A DNA stretch of 64,000 bases from an uncultured Eubacteriales bacterium (GTDB taxonomy: Bacteria > Bacillota > Clostridia > TANB77 > UBA1234). Numbering within the stretch: the first letter of the stretch is position 1; each line of letters begins with the position of its first letter. Position numbers and translations under genes: made by a program. This document shows, one piece after another, positions 21,627-32,458 of this stretch. Location: positions 132,809 to 196,808 of the forward strand of contig CASDSU010000036.1 in assembly GCA_949283575.1 (NCBI GenBank), written 5' to 3'. A model generated the notes under the pieces. That model saw only the letters and a program-made list of their open reading frames with translations. It was not told the origin of the DNA and searched no databases.

Positions 21627-23471
21627 ATGAAATTAGATAAAATATTAAAACAAGTAGAGAAACCAATTAGATATACAGGAGGAGAGCTTAACTCTTGCAT
21701 GAAAGATTTAAAAGATCTTAGATGTAGAATTGCTTTTTGTTTTCCTGATGTTTATGAAATTGGAATGTCACATTTAGGTCTTAAGATTTTGTATGATGTT
21801 TATAACAGAAGAAAAGATACATATTGCGAAAGAGTTTTCGCACCATGGGTTGATATGGAAGAGATAATGCGAAAAGAAGAGATTAAGCTTTTCTCACTTG
21901 AAACAAAAACACCAATTAATGAATTTGATTTTGTTGCTTTTACTTTACAATATGAGATGAGTTATACAAATATTTTAAATATGCTTGATTTAGGTGGAAT
22001 TAAAGTCAAGGCTGCAGATAGGAAAGAAGGAGATCCTTTTGTAATGGCTGGTGGTCCTTGTGCTTATAATGCTGAACCAATCACCGATTTTATTGATTTC
22101 TTCATTATGGGTGAAGGTGAAGAAGTTAATCTAGAAGTTGTTGATTGCTATCTAAAGTGGAGAAAAGATGGGAAATTTCGTGATGAATTTTTAGAGATGG
22201 TTGCTGAAATTGAGGGGGTGTATGTTCCTAAATTTTATACTCCAGTTTATAACGAAGATGGTACGATAAAAGAATATGAGAGAAATAATGGACATGCTAA
22301 GAGAAGTATTAAGAAAAGAATTATAAAAGATTTGGATACATTAACATACCCAGAAAAGTGGATTGTTCCATTTTTAAATGTTGTTCATGATAGGGTTATG
22401 CTTGAAATGTTTAGAGGTTGTATCCGTGGATGTAGATTTTGTCAAGCTGGATACATTTATAGACCTGTTCGCGAAAAGAGCAAAGAGCGTTTGGAAAAAC
22501 TTGCTGAAAGTTTAATAAGAAATACGGGTTATGAAGAAATTTCTTTAACATCGCTTAGTACAAGTGATTATAGAGATTTTCATCCGCTTGCAAATTCACT
22601 TATTGAGAAGTTTAAGCCTATGAATGTTAATTTGTCACTTCCATCTCTTAGACTTGATTCTGTTTCTTTGAAATTGTTAGATGAGATAAATCAAGTTAGA
22701 AAGAGTGGACTAACATTTGCTCCAGAAGCAGGAACGCAAAGACTTCGTGATGTTATAAATAAAGGTCTTACTGAAGAGGATATTATGAATGCTTGTAATC
22801 TAGCTTTTAGAAATGGCTGGAATACGATAAAACTTTATTTTATGATTGGTCTTCCAACAGAAACTTATGAAGACTTAGATGGGATAGTTGATATTGCAAA
22901 TAAAATTGTAGATTTGTATTATAGCATTCCAAAAGAAGAAAGAACAAAAGGTTTGACAGTAACTGTTAGTGCTTCAACATTTGTTCCAAAGCCATTTACA
23001 GCGTTCCAATGGTGTGGACAAAATAGCATTGAAGAAATAAAAGCTAAACAAGATTATTTGAAAAAGAATTTAACAAATAGAGCTGTTAAATTTAATTGGC
23101 ATGAGCCGGAAATTAGTGTGATAGAAGCAATTCTTGCCAAAGGTGATAGAAAACTTAACAAAGCTATTTATCAAGCTTGGAAGCTTGGTGCAAAGTTTGA
23201 CAGTTGGGGAGAATTCTTCGATTATGATAGATGGATTAAGGCTTTCGGTGATGTTGGTATAGATTATAAATATTACTCAGAAAGACAAGTTGATTTAAGC
23301 GAGAAACTTGCTTGGGATCATATTAATATCTTGGTATCGAAAGAATTTTTGAAAACAGAATATGAGAAAGCGATGAGTGAAACGGTTACTCCAAATTGTA
23401 GGCAAAAGTGTGCTGGATGTGGAGCATCATGTGTTGGTACAGGTGTATGCTTTGAAAGGAGTGAAAAATAG
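21627..23471 (+). CDS. B12-binding radical SAM protein (TIGR03960 type)
   Basis: FPDVYEIGMSHLG, GCIRGCRFC, followed by its usual partner gene. Confidence 0.92.
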   Translation: MKLDKILKQVEKPIRYTGGELNSCMKDLKDLRCRIAFCFPDVYEIGMSHLGLKILYDVYNRRKDTYCERVFAPWVDMEEIMRKEEIKLFSLETKTPINEFDFVAFTLQYEMSYTNILNMLDLGGIKVKAADRKEGDPFVMAGGPCAYNAEPITDFIDFFIMGEGEEVNLEVVDCYLKWRKDGKFRDEFLEMVAEIEGVYVPKFYTPVYNEDGTIKEYERNNGHAKRSIKKRIIKDLDTLTYPEKWIVPFLNVVHDRVMLEMFRGCIRGCRFCQAGYIYRPVREKSKERLEKLAESLIRNTGYEEISLTSLSTSDYRDFHPLANSLIEKFKPMNVNLSLPSLRLDSVSLKLLDEINQVRKSGLTFAPEAGTQRLRDVINKGLTEEDIMNACNLAFRNGWNTIKLYFMIGLPTETYEDLDGIVDIANKIVDLYYSIPKEERTKGLTVTVSASTFVPKPFTAFQWCGQNSIEEIKAKQDYLKKNLTNRAVKFNWHEPEISVIEAILAKGDRKLNKAIYQAWKLGAKFDSWGEFFDYDRWIKAFGDVGIDYKYYSERQVDLSEKLAWDHINILVSKEFLKTEYEKAMSETVTPNCRQKCAGCGASCVGTGVCFERSEK

Positions 23472-24101
23472 ATGATAGCAAGAGTTAAGTATAGCAAAGG
23501 TGAAGAAGTTAAATACGTTGGACATTTAGATTCAATGCGTACGTTTGTAAGGTGTATTAAAAGAACATGTATTCCAATAAAATACTCAAATGGATTTAAT
23601 CCTAGAGTTCAAATATCATTTGCACTTCCACTTGGAGTTGGAGTAACGAGTGATTCAGAATATTTTGATTTAGAAATAGAAAAGAAAATGAATGAAACAT
23701 TATTAGTTGGAGAATTAAACTCAGTGTTACCAACAGGTTTCAGAGCTCAAAAAGTTACTTTTGTGGAAAATAAAAAAAGTCTAATGTCGCTTGTAAAAGA
23801 AGCGGTTTGTGAAATAAAACTTGAAGGTAATTTTGATTTTGAAAAAGTAAAAGAATTATTTGAAAAAGATGAAATAATGCTTGAAAAAGAATCAAAAAGT
23901 AAAAAAGGAAATCAAGAAATAAATTTAAAAAATTATATTATCGATATTGATTTTGATGAAAATGAATCAAAAATTATTGTACATTCAACAGCAGGAAGTG
24001 TTAATAATATGAATCCACAATTTGTGATTCAAGCTATAGAAAAATATGTTGGAAAAATAGAAGATTATGAAATACATAGAAAAGAATTGATATTAAATTA
24101 A
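23472..24101 (+). CDS. Radical SAM-associated protein (TIGR03936/DUF2344 type)
   Basis: KYVGHLD, YSNGFNP, FALPLGVG. Confidence 0.9.
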   Translation: MIARVKYSKGEEVKYVGHLDSMRTFVRCIKRTCIPIKYSNGFNPRVQISFALPLGVGVTSDSEYFDLEIEKKMNETLLVGELNSVLPTGFRAQKVTFVENKKSLMSLVKEAVCEIKLEGNFDFEKVKELFEKDEIMLEKESKSKKGNQEINLKNYIIDIDFDENESKIIVHSTAGSVNNMNPQFVIQAIEKYVGKIEDYEIHRKELILN

Positions 24102-24106
24102 AAAAA

Positions 24107-24184
24107 TTGAAAATTGGGACGTTTCCTTTTTCGTTATCTTAAATAGATTTATATTTTTGAAAAAGGAAACGTCACAGTTTCCAA
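24107..24184. repeat. Long inverted repeat with GACGTTTCC arms; likely bidirectional terminator
   Basis: ttgaaaattgggacgtttcctttttc ... gaaaaaggaaacgtcacagtttccaa. Confidence 0.7.
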
Positions 24185-24189
24185 GCTTT

Positions 24190-24513
24190 TTATTTCTTCT
24201 TAAACATAAGCCCAAGAAGTTCACCTACTAAAGCAACTACTGCATATATTCCTGCAAAAATACCTACACGCATAGGTGAATATCCTAAAATAAGGCCAGC
24301 AGGAAGGAAAATAACAGCGGTGATTAGTGGTAATAAAATTGAAAACCTATTTTTTCTTCCACAAAATAAAGCAAATATTGTAAGTAAAAATATATTTATA
24401 ACAAGAGACATCATTTCATTAATTCCAGAGATTATAGGAATAAAAGAGATGATAAGTGGCATTAGATAGAATAAGAATATGCATTCAATAGCAAATGGTA
24501 AATATTTTTTCAT
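24190..24513 (-). CDS. Small 4-TM membrane protein (DUF2651-like)
   Basis: Hydrophobic 107-aa ORF with AGGAGG RBS. Confidence 0.7.
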   Translation of the reverse strand: MKKYLPFAIECIFLFYLMPLIISFIPIISGINEMMSLVINIFLLTIFALFCGRKNRFSILLPLITAVIFLPAGLILGYSPMRVGIFAGIYAVVALVGELLGLMFKKK

Positions 24514-24708
24514 AAGTATAACCTCCTAAAACTTTATAGAAACATTATATAGGAAGGATGGAAAAAAGGGAATAGGGTACGTTATTTTTGAAAAAATACA
24601 CTTTTAAGGGCCATCTCTAAAGTGTAAAATTATTGAATTTTTGCCATTTTTATGCTAAAATATTCGAGCATATGTGTAAATGAGAAAAAGGGAGTGAATT
24701 GCTTACAT

Positions 24709-27700
24709 ATGGATATTTTGGCCAAGGTTTTACCTAAGATGAAGAAGTTCAATGACTATATAAATGATGTTAATAAACAAAATTTTCCAATTAGTCTTTC
24801 GGGGCTTTCTGATAGTCAAAAGTCGCATTTTATTTATGCTACAAGGTTTTATTCTGAAAAGCCGATTTTGATTGTGACATATAATGAGTTAGAACTTAAG
24901 AAATTTAGGGAGGATATGAAGTTTTTCTCGGATGAAAAAGTTCTTATTTATCCTAGAAGAGAACCGATTTATTATGATATTGATACTACAAATAAAGATA
25001 TAACAATGGATAGGCTTAGTATTTATACTAAGCTTTATGGCGGTGAGTCGTGCATAATTTTGACTTCGATTGAAGCGCTTATGCAAAAAACGATTAGTAA
25101 AAATAAATTGTTTTCAAAAGTTCTTCAATTAGAAGTTGGAACATCTATCCTTTTAGAAAAACTAACTGCTGATTTGACTAATTTGGGATATGAAAGAACT
25201 GATATGGTTGAAGGTAGAGGACAATTTTGTGTTAGAGGTGGAATAGTTGACGTGTTTCCACTAACTACTGAAAATCCTGTACGTATTGAGTTCTGGGGAG
25301 ATGAGATTGATTCTTTGAGGGCGTTTGATGTTGAATCACAAAGAACGATTGAACCAATAAAAGAGATAAATATTTTTCCTGCGGAAGAGTTTTTAGTTGA
25401 TAAAGAAGAGTTAGAATCAATTGGCGATAAGATTTTAGAAAAATATCCAAAAGCAATCCAAGATGTTGAAGTTATAAAAAATGGAAATTACCTTACGAAA
25501 ATAGATAAATATTTTGAGTTTTTCTATAAAGAAACTTCTACTTTGTTAAATTATATTTCTAAGGACACAATAGTTTTTATAGATGAGCCTGCGAGAATTG
25601 ATTCAAAATGCCGAGCTATTGATGGAGATAACAAAGAATTTATAGAAGCTTTTTTAGAGAAAAATGGAATTATGCCAAGTTATACGAAGGCTATGTATTC
25701 TAAGATGGATATGGATATCCTTTTAGAAGGAAAAAATATTATTAATTTAGAAAGAATTAATATAAGTACGCATGCAAAAAGAAACGGATACAGCTTTAGC
25801 TGTAGGGAGGTTAACTTTTTTCGTGGTTCAATGGATATATTTGTACAGGAAGTACAAGATGCACATGATGCAGGAAAAATAGTTTTAGTTTTGGGTGGAA
25901 CTATTTCTAAAGCTCGTGGTATTGCTACAATGCTTCTTGAACATAATATTCCATCGATGTTTCTTGAAAAACTAGATGAAGCATTTTTTAATTCAAAGCA
26001 AATTTTAGTTATTCCGGGTAATTTGACTGAAGGGTTCGAATATGATGAATTAAATTTGATAATTGCATCTGGAGAGCTTGGAAATATTAAAGATGAAAAA
26101 AAACGTTCATATAAGCCGGCAGTTTTCAAGGAAGGTAAGAAGGTTGTTTTTGCTGATTTGAATATTGGTGACTATATAGTCCACGCGACCCATGGAATTG
26201 GTCAATATGTTGGAATTCATACACTTGTAGTTGATGGAGTAAAGAAAGATTATATAAAATTAAAATATCGTGATGATGATACGATGTATATTCCAACAAC
26301 TCAGCTTGATAACATTAGAAAATACATGGGTGCTGGGGATAATCCGCCTAAACTTAATAGGATGGGAAGTAAAGAGTTTGCGAATACTAAAGCTAAGGTT
26401 AAAGCTCAGCTTAAAGATATTGCCAAAGGGCTTATTGATTTATATGCAAAAAGAAGACAGCTTAAGGGATATCAATTTGCAAAGGATACTGTTTGGCAAA
26501 AAGAGTTTGAGGATGCTTTTCCATATCAAGAAACAGATGATCAATTAAGATGTATCGAAGAAATAAAGGCTGATATGGAAAGTGAACGTCCTATGGATAG
26601 ACTTCTTTGCGGAGATGTTGGATATGGAAAGACGGAAGTTGCAATAAGAGCTGCGTTTAAGGCAGTAATGGATGGAAAACAAGTGGCATATTTAGTTCCA
26701 ACAACAGTTTTAGCACAACAGCAATATGAATCTTTTAGTGAAAGACTAAAAGATTATCCGGTTAAAGTTAATGTTTTAAATAGATTTAGATCAACAAAAG
26801 AAAAAAACTTGATAATTAAAGGTTTGAAAAATGGCGAAATCGATATATTAATTGGAACACATAGAATAATTCAAAAAGATGTGAAATTTAAAAATTTAGG
26901 ACTTTTGATAGTCGATGAGGAGCACAGATTTGGTGTTGGGGATAAAGAAAAAATCAAGAATTTAAAAACTAATGTGGATGTTTTAACAATGACTGCGACG
27001 CCAATTCCGAGAACAATGCATATGTCTATAGTAGGAATTAGAGATATGAGTGTAATTTACGAACCACCACATAATAGAAGACCAATTCAGACGTATGTTC
27101 TAGAATTTGATGCTGAAGTTATAAAAGAGGCAATAATAAAGGAATTAGAGCGAGAAGGACAAGTTTTTTATTTATATAATCGAGTTGAAAGTATTGAACG
27201 AAAAGCAAGCGAAATCTCTAATTTGGTTCATGAAGCAAGAGTAGCTTTTGCACATGGAAAAATGACGGGAACTGAGCTTGAAAATATCATGAAGGACTTT
27301 ATGGAAAAGAAAATTGATGTGCTAATATGTACAACAATTTTAGAGACTGGAATAGATATTCCGAATGCAAATACAATAATTATCGAAGATGCTGATAGAT
27401 TAGGTCTTGCACAGCTTTATCAAGTTAGAGGTCGTGTTGGTAGAAGTGATAGAGCGGCGTATGCATATATAACATATAGAAAGAATAAGGTGTTAGCTGA
27501 AGCTTCAGAAAAGCGTTTGAAGGCGATAAAAGAATTTACAGAGTTTGGGTCAGGTTTCAAGATTGCTCTTAGAGATTTAGAGATTAGAGGAGCGGGAAAT
27601 ATTTTGGGACCAGAACAACATGGACACATGGAATCGGTTGGATATGAAATGTATTGTAAATTGCTGGATGAAGCTGTTCGTGAGATGCAAGGTGAAACAA

Positions 27701-28155
27701 TTGCTGAAGAAATTGATACACAAATTGATTTAAAAGTTACAGCATACATTCCGACATCATACATAGAAAATGTAAATCAGAAAATTGAAGTATATCAGGA
27801 TATAGCAAACTTAGATAAAGAAGAACAAATTTCAGAAATTATAGATGAATTAATTGATAGATATGGTGATGTTCCAAAAGAAGTTTATAACTTATTAGAG
27901 GTTGCAAAAATAAAAATATTAGCACGTGAATTACAAGTTATCAAAATTTCACAAAAAGAAGACAACGTAATGATTCAATTTAATGATCCTGAAAAAATTA
28001 CAAATGCATGTATACAGATACTTATAGACATCTATAAGAGTAAAATATTTTTCTCGTCAGGAGCAGTTCCGTATATTACATTAAAGTTGCAATCTAAAAA
28101 AGATAGTGATATATTAGGAGAGATTATGAAAATATTGAAGATATTGAAAGGATGA
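24709..28155 (+). CDS. mfd: Transcription-repair coupling factor
   Basis: CGDVGYGKT, DEEHRFG, TATPIPRT, RGRVGRS, DLEIRGAG; start 24709 from RBS (track start 24652). Confidence 0.97.
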   Translation: MDILAKVLPKMKKFNDYINDVNKQNFPISLSGLSDSQKSHFIYATRFYSEKPILIVTYNELELKKFREDMKFFSDEKVLIYPRREPIYYDIDTTNKDITMDRLSIYTKLYGGESCIILTSIEALMQKTISKNKLFSKVLQLEVGTSILLEKLTADLTNLGYERTDMVEGRGQFCVRGGIVDVFPLTTENPVRIEFWGDEIDSLRAFDVESQRTIEPIKEINIFPAEEFLVDKEELESIGDKILEKYPKAIQDVEVIKNGNYLTKIDKYFEFFYKETSTLLNYISKDTIVFIDEPARIDSKCRAIDGDNKEFIEAFLEKNGIMPSYTKAMYSKMDMDILLEGKNIINLERINISTHAKRNGYSFSCREVNFFRGSMDIFVQEVQDAHDAGKIVLVLGGTISKARGIATMLLEHNIPSMFLEKLDEAFFNSKQILVIPGNLTEGFEYDELNLIIASGELGNIKDEKKRSYKPAVFKEGKKVVFADLNIGDYIVHATHGIGQYVGIHTLVVDGVKKDYIKLKYRDDDTMYIPTTQLDNIRKYMGAGDNPPKLNRMGSKEFANTKAKVKAQLKDIAKGLIDLYAKRRQLKGYQFAKDTVWQKEFEDAFPYQETDDQLRCIEEIKADMESERPMDRLLCGDVGYGKTEVAIRAAFKAVMDGKQVAYLVPTTVLAQQQYESFSERLKDYPVKVNVLNRFRSTKEKNLIIKGLKNGEIDILIGTHRIIQKDVKFKNLGLLIVDEEHRFGVGDKEKIKNLKTNVDVLTMTATPIPRTMHMSIVGIRDMSVIYEPPHNRRPIQTYVLEFDAEVIKEAIIKELEREGQVFYLYNRVESIERKASEISNLVHEARVAFAHGKMTGTELENIMKDFMEKKIDVLICTTILETGIDIPNANTIIIEDADRLGLAQLYQVRGRVGRSDRAAYAYITYRKNKVLAEASEKRLKAIKEFTEFGSGFKIALRDLEIRGAGNILGPEQHGHMESVGYEMYCKLLDEAVREMQGETIAEEIDTQIDLKVTAYIPTSYIENVNQKIEVYQDIANLDKEEQISEIIDELIDRYGDVPKEVYNLLEVAKIKILARELQVIKISQKEDNVMIQFNDPEKITNACIQILIDIYKSKIFFSSGAVPYITLKLQSKKDSDILGEIMKILKILKG

Positions 28156-28164
28156 TTATTTAGT

Positions 28165-29202
28165 ATGGACAAAAAACAATTAGTAATAGTTTATGTAATT
28201 GCTACTGTTATAGTAGCTTTAGTAGTTGGAGTTGTTATTGTTTCAGATACTACACCAAGACTTACTAAAAATGAAGTTTTAAAAGTTAAAAATAACATTT
28301 ATACATTAGATGAATTAGAAAAATTTATGAATATATCAAAAGAAGCTGATGGAGATATTGAAAAGTCTCTTACAGAAGAAGAGATGGAAACAATATATAG
28401 TAATTTTATTCAGTCAAAAATATATGCAGCAGCTGCTGATTCGAAGAAAATTTCATTTCCTAGCGGAGAGGCTACTAGTGCACAAGCCGAATATGATTCA
28501 AAAGCTGAGATTTTTGAAGCTCATGGCATAACATCTGGAGATTATATGAGATATGCAGAAGATAATTATAAGATGACAACATTAAAGAATAACTTTTCAG
28601 CATATTATGACTTGCCAGAAGACTTATATAATGAATTTAAAAATAGCTATTCAGGAGATGATTTAAAATCTTATTCATTTAGAACGATGAGATTTTATTA
28701 TGAAGAGCCTGAATCTGGTGAATCAGGAGATGTAGAGCCAAAAGTTAATGAATCTGGTGAAGTGGTAGAAGATAGAAGAAAAGATGTTATTCGTGCAAAG
28801 GCTGAAGCCGCATTAGTAGAAGTTAATAATGGTGGCGATTTCGAAAAAATAGCTGAGGAGCACGCTGATGGAAGATATACTATACACAATAATGGTTTAT
28901 TATATTTAAATGGAAATTTAGAGTATGCGATTGGTCCTACACTTGAATCAAAATTAGGTTCAATAGATTTATATAATAAAGTAAAAGCTTTAAATGCTGG
29001 TGAAGTGACTGAGATAGTTCATGATGAAGAAGGTACGTCGTTTCTTTTCACAAAACTTGAATCTGTAGAAGATGGATTTGTTGGCGAAGCTGATAAAGAA
29101 GTTAGAGAAGAATTGCTTATGCAAATTCAAGAATCAATTATACTTGAAGAGGTTAAGTACGAAGAAAATATGTCAGCGTTAATACAATTTATGTATAATT
29201 AA
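28165..29202 (+). CDS. PrsA/SurA-like membrane-anchored foldase (divergent parvulin-like)
   Basis: N-terminal TM, GGDFEKIAEEHAD parvulin-like segment, position directly after mfd. Confidence 0.65.
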   Translation: MDKKQLVIVYVIATVIVALVVGVVIVSDTTPRLTKNEVLKVKNNIYTLDELEKFMNISKEADGDIEKSLTEEEMETIYSNFIQSKIYAAAADSKKISFPSGEATSAQAEYDSKAEIFEAHGITSGDYMRYAEDNYKMTTLKNNFSAYYDLPEDLYNEFKNSYSGDDLKSYSFRTMRFYYEEPESGESGDVEPKVNESGEVVEDRRKDVIRAKAEAALVEVNNGGDFEKIAEEHADGRYTIHNNGLLYLNGNLEYAIGPTLESKLGSIDLYNKVKALNAGEVTEIVHDEEGTSFLFTKLESVEDGFVGEADKEVREELLMQIQESIILEEVKYEENMSALIQFMYN

Positions 29203-29207
29203 TAAAA

Positions 29208-29239
29208 TAAAAAAACTGCTTTTAAAAGCAGTTTTTTTT
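29208..29239 (+). terminator. Intrinsic terminator
   Basis: aaaactgctttt-aaaagcagtttt. Confidence 0.75.
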
Positions 29240-29254
29240 CTAAAAGAATAAGAG

Positions 29255-30031
29255 GTGATAGATGTGATTACTAGTAAAACAAATGATTTTATAAAATATA
29301 TAAAAAGCTTGAGCCTTAAGAAAAACAGAGATGAAAGTGGCGATTTCATAGTTGAAGGTATAAAAATGGTAAAAGAGGTTATTGTGTCAGATTACAACAT
29401 AAAGAAGATTGTAATATGCGAAGAACTCTTTTCGGAAACATTTGATGCAAATAATAATGATATTGAATTTGTATCAAAAGCAATTTTTGAATATATATCG
29501 GACACCAAAACTCCACAAGGAATAATGGCTGTAGTATCAAAAAAAGAATATAGTAATATTAAATTTGGCGAAACGATATTTGCACTTGATAACGTGCAGG
29601 ATCCTGGGAATTTAGGGACGATCATTAGAACTTTAGATTGTGCAGGAATAAACACATTATTGCTTTCAAAAGGATGTGCTGATGAATATAATACGAAAGT
29701 TATAAGAAGCACAATGGGGGCAATATTTAGAGTAAGCATCTTGTCAGATTTGGATTTAAAAGAAGAATTGGAAAAACTTAAGGATAAAGGATATAATTTA
29801 GTTGTTACATCACTTGAAGGTGCGACTAGTCTTTTTGAACATGAATTTTCTGGAAAAAATGTGATTGTTATAGGAAATGAGTCGAATGGTGTGAGTAAAG
29901 AGATTCAAGAACTTGCAAATGTTAGAATTAAAATTCCAATGGTTGGACAAACAGAAAGCTTGAATGCAGGAGTTGCAGCAAGTTTGATGGCTTACGAAGT
30001 GTTACGAACGAATAAAAAGAACATCTGTTAA
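29255..30031 (+). CDS. TrmH/SpoU-family RNA methyltransferase
   Basis: QDPGNLGTIIRT, IGNESNG, ESLNAGVA. Confidence 0.92.
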   Translation: MIDVITSKTNDFIKYIKSLSLKKNRDESGDFIVEGIKMVKEVIVSDYNIKKIVICEELFSETFDANNNDIEFVSKAIFEYISDTKTPQGIMAVVSKKEYSNIKFGETIFALDNVQDPGNLGTIIRTLDCAGINTLLLSKGCADEYNTKVIRSTMGAIFRVSILSDLDLKEELEKLKDKGYNLVVTSLEGATSLFEHEFSGKNVIVIGNESNGVSKEIQELANVRIKIPMVGQTESLNAGVAASLMAYEVLRTNKKNIC

Positions 30032-30071
30032 TGTAATACGTTTATTAATTTAATTAAGAAAATTATAGTAA

Positions 30072-30968
30072 ATGGAGGAGATTAATTTGTATAAAAAATG
30101 TTCTGGAATGATTTCTTTTTTAGTTAATATTATTGTGTTTTCGCTAGTTATTACAATAATTAATTCAAATAATATAAAAGAAGTGGAACAAGAATATGTA
30201 TTACGTGTTGAAAATACTAATTACACATTAGATGATTTAAGAAAATTTATGTATTTATCAAATGAAGCGGAGGGTGATATCTAAAAAACACTTACAAGTG
30301 AAGAAAAAGAATCAAGATTTGCAGAATATGGAATAACAGCAGAAGATTATTTAAAATATGCAGAAGATAATTATAAGATGATAACATTAATGGATAACTT
30401 TTCAGCATATTATGACTTGCCAGAAGACTTATATAATGAGTTTAAAAATAGCTATTCAGGAGATGATTTGAAAACTTATTCATTTAGAACGATGAGATTT
30501 TATTATGAAGAGCCTGAATATGGTGAAGTAGTAGAAGATAGAAGAGAAGATTTTGTTCGTGCAAAGGCAGAAACAGCGTTAGTAGAAGTTAATAATGGTG
30601 GTGATTTCGAAAAAATAGCTGAGGAGCAAGCTGATGGTGTGTACACAATAGGTACAAATGGTTTAGTATATATAAATGGAGATTTAGAACATGCAATTGG
30701 TCCTACACTAGAATCGAAATTGGGTTCAACAGATTTATATAATAAAGTAAAAGCTCTAAAAGCTGGAGAAGTTACAGAGATAGTTCTTGACAAAGAAAGT
30801 ACGGCGTTCTTTTTTACAAAGCTTGAAACTGTAAAAGATGGATTTGTTGGTGAAGCTGATAAAGAAGTTAGAGAAGAATTGCTTATGCAACTTCAAGAAT
30901 CAATTATACTTGAAGAGGTTAAGTACGAAGAAAATATGTCAGCGTTAATACAATTTGTGTATAATTAA
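30072..30968 (+). pseudogene. Second, disrupted copy of the PrsA-like gene (in-frame TAA at 30282-30284, two in-frame deletions)
   Basis: EAEGDI*KTLTSEEKE aligns to EADGDIEKSLTEEEME of copy 1; 3' two-thirds and terminator nearly identical to 28550-29239. Confidence 0.85.
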
Positions 30969-30974
30969 CAAAAT

Positions 30975-31002
30975 AAAAAACTGCCTTAAAAAGCAGTTTT
31001 TT
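30975..31002. terminator. Terminator duplicated with the PrsA-like copy
   Basis: aaaaaactgcctt-aaaaagcagtttttt. Confidence 0.7.
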
Positions 31003-31057
31003 GTTTACAAAAAGTAAATTAATTTTCTATTATTTTAGAAAATTGTTATTCTATATT

Positions 31058-31606
31058 TTAATTGTTTGAAATCATATTCAGAATATCGCTGTAGTATTCA
31101 TTTGCATTAGCTTTCCAATTTTCAGCGATTTTTTTGGCTTCTGATTGTGAATTGCAAAGAATGTTTAATTCAAAAACGGTTTGATGTGCTTCTGATAGTT
31201 TGCATTTTGTTGTGTATGTATCATTATTTTCTGGAATGTATTCGGCAGAAACAATAAGCTCATTTGTAACATCTTTTAAGAGACTTTTTGTAATTAGATT
31301 TAATTTATGCTTAATAATTCCAGGAAGCATGTTTTCTGTTAATTCAAGAACTTCAGAACCAAGAGAAGTGATTTCATAGAACCATTCTTCATTCTGTTTG
31401 TAACTCATAATATATTTTTTTTCTACAAGATCTGAAAGTAAATGTTGAAAATAGTAATAATTAAATCCTTCAAAATCATAAAGAAGCTTTAAAATTTGAA
31501 GGTTTGACAACGTACAGTTAACATTATGCATTAAATACAAAATTATTAATTTGTTTTCTGCTAATGTTTCGCCACTTTCAGGAATTGAATTATTTTTTTC
31601 ATTCAT
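31058..31606 (-). CDS. DUF4364-family winged-helix protein
   Basis: LAENKLIILY, NYYYFQHLL, WKANANEYY; start 31606 from AAAGGTGA RBS. Confidence 0.8.
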   Translation of the reverse strand: MNEKNNSIPESGETLAENKLIILYLMHNVNCTLSNLQILKLLYDFEGFNYYYFQHLLSDLVEKKYIMSYKQNEEWFYEITSLGSEVLELTENMLPGIIKHKLNLITKSLLKDVTNELIVSAEYIPENNDTYTTKCKLSEAHQTVFELNILCNSQSEAKKIAENWKANANEYYSDILNMISNN

Positions 31607-31707
31607 AAAATCACCTTTATAACTCAAAATATAGGGAAAACCCTTTATTCAACTGCATTATATCATGATAATGTACTCTAGGCAAGCTTTTTAGGTTATG
31701 GGCAAGC

Positions 31708-31740
31708 TTAGACTTTTTATGGACGTGCCAGAGTCTACTT
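31708..31740. repeat. GGACGT-core hairpin
   Basis: tagactt-tttatggacgtgcca-gagtcta. Confidence 0.5.
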
Positions 31741-31826
31741 AGTATACGAAAATAAAATTATTGTAGGGTATAACTTTTTATGCTACAATTCAAGTTAGGG
31801 AGAGTTCAAGCAAAGGTGGTGAGTAT

Positions 31827-32414
31827 GTGAACGATGAAAAATTAGTGAAAAAAGTGAAAAATGGCGATGCTGACGCTTTTGAACAAATAATAATCAAATA
31901 TGAGAAAAAAATCTTTGGTCTTATTTATAATATGCTAAGAAATGAAAATGAAATAGAAGATGTTGCACAAGAAGTTTTTATAAAAGTGTATAAAAATTTA
32001 GATAAATTTAATGGGGATTCTTCATTGTACACATGGATATATAAAATAGCTACTAATTTGTGTTTGGATCAAATAAAAAAACGTAAAGAGGTTATATATA
32101 TAGACGAAAAATTACAACTTGATGATGGTGAGGTTGAAATTCAGATTCCTAGTGATGAAAAGCTCCAAGATGAGATTTATGAGCAAAAGGAACTAAAACA
32201 GAAGCTTGAATCTTGTATTGATAAATTACCTGAAAAACAGAAGGTGATGATAGTTTTAAGGGATATTAAAGGATTGTCATATGATGAAATTGCTGAAATA
32301 CTTGATTTGAAGCTTGGGACAGTTAAATCACAAATAAATCGAGCAAGACTAAAACTTAAGGAATTGCTTGAGAAAGATGGAACTTTTGTTGAATATATAG
32401 AGTCTAAAAAGTAA
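31827..32414 (+). CDS. ECF RNA polymerase sigma factor (SigW-like)
   Basis: DVAQEVFIKVY, TWIYKIATNLCLD, LSYDEIAEIL...GTVKSQINRAR. Confidence 0.92.
   Translation: MNDEKLVKKVKNGDADAFEQIIIKYEKKIFGLIYNMLRNENEIEDVAQEVFIKVYKNLDKFNGDSSLYTWIYKIATNLCLDQIKKRKEVIYIDEKLQLDDGEVEIQIPSDEKLQDEIYEQKELKQKLESCIDKLPEKQKVMIVLRDIKGLSYDEIAEILDLKLGTVKSQINRARLKLKELLEKDGTFVEYIESKK
32379..32407 (+). promoter_or_regulatory. ECF-type promoter inside the 3' end of the sigma gene
   Basis: GGAACTT-N16-GTCTAA upstream of the putative anti-sigma gene. Confidence 0.6.
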
Positions 32415-32458
32415 GTGATATAGTTATGAAAGTATGAAAGAAAGAGAGGTGATAACAT

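Noticed and set aside
30282-30284. Possible stop-codon read-through or TAA reassignment in the PrsA-like copy
   Set aside because: TAA ends most genes in the window normally, and the copy has additional deletions, so pseudogenisation is the simpler explanation.
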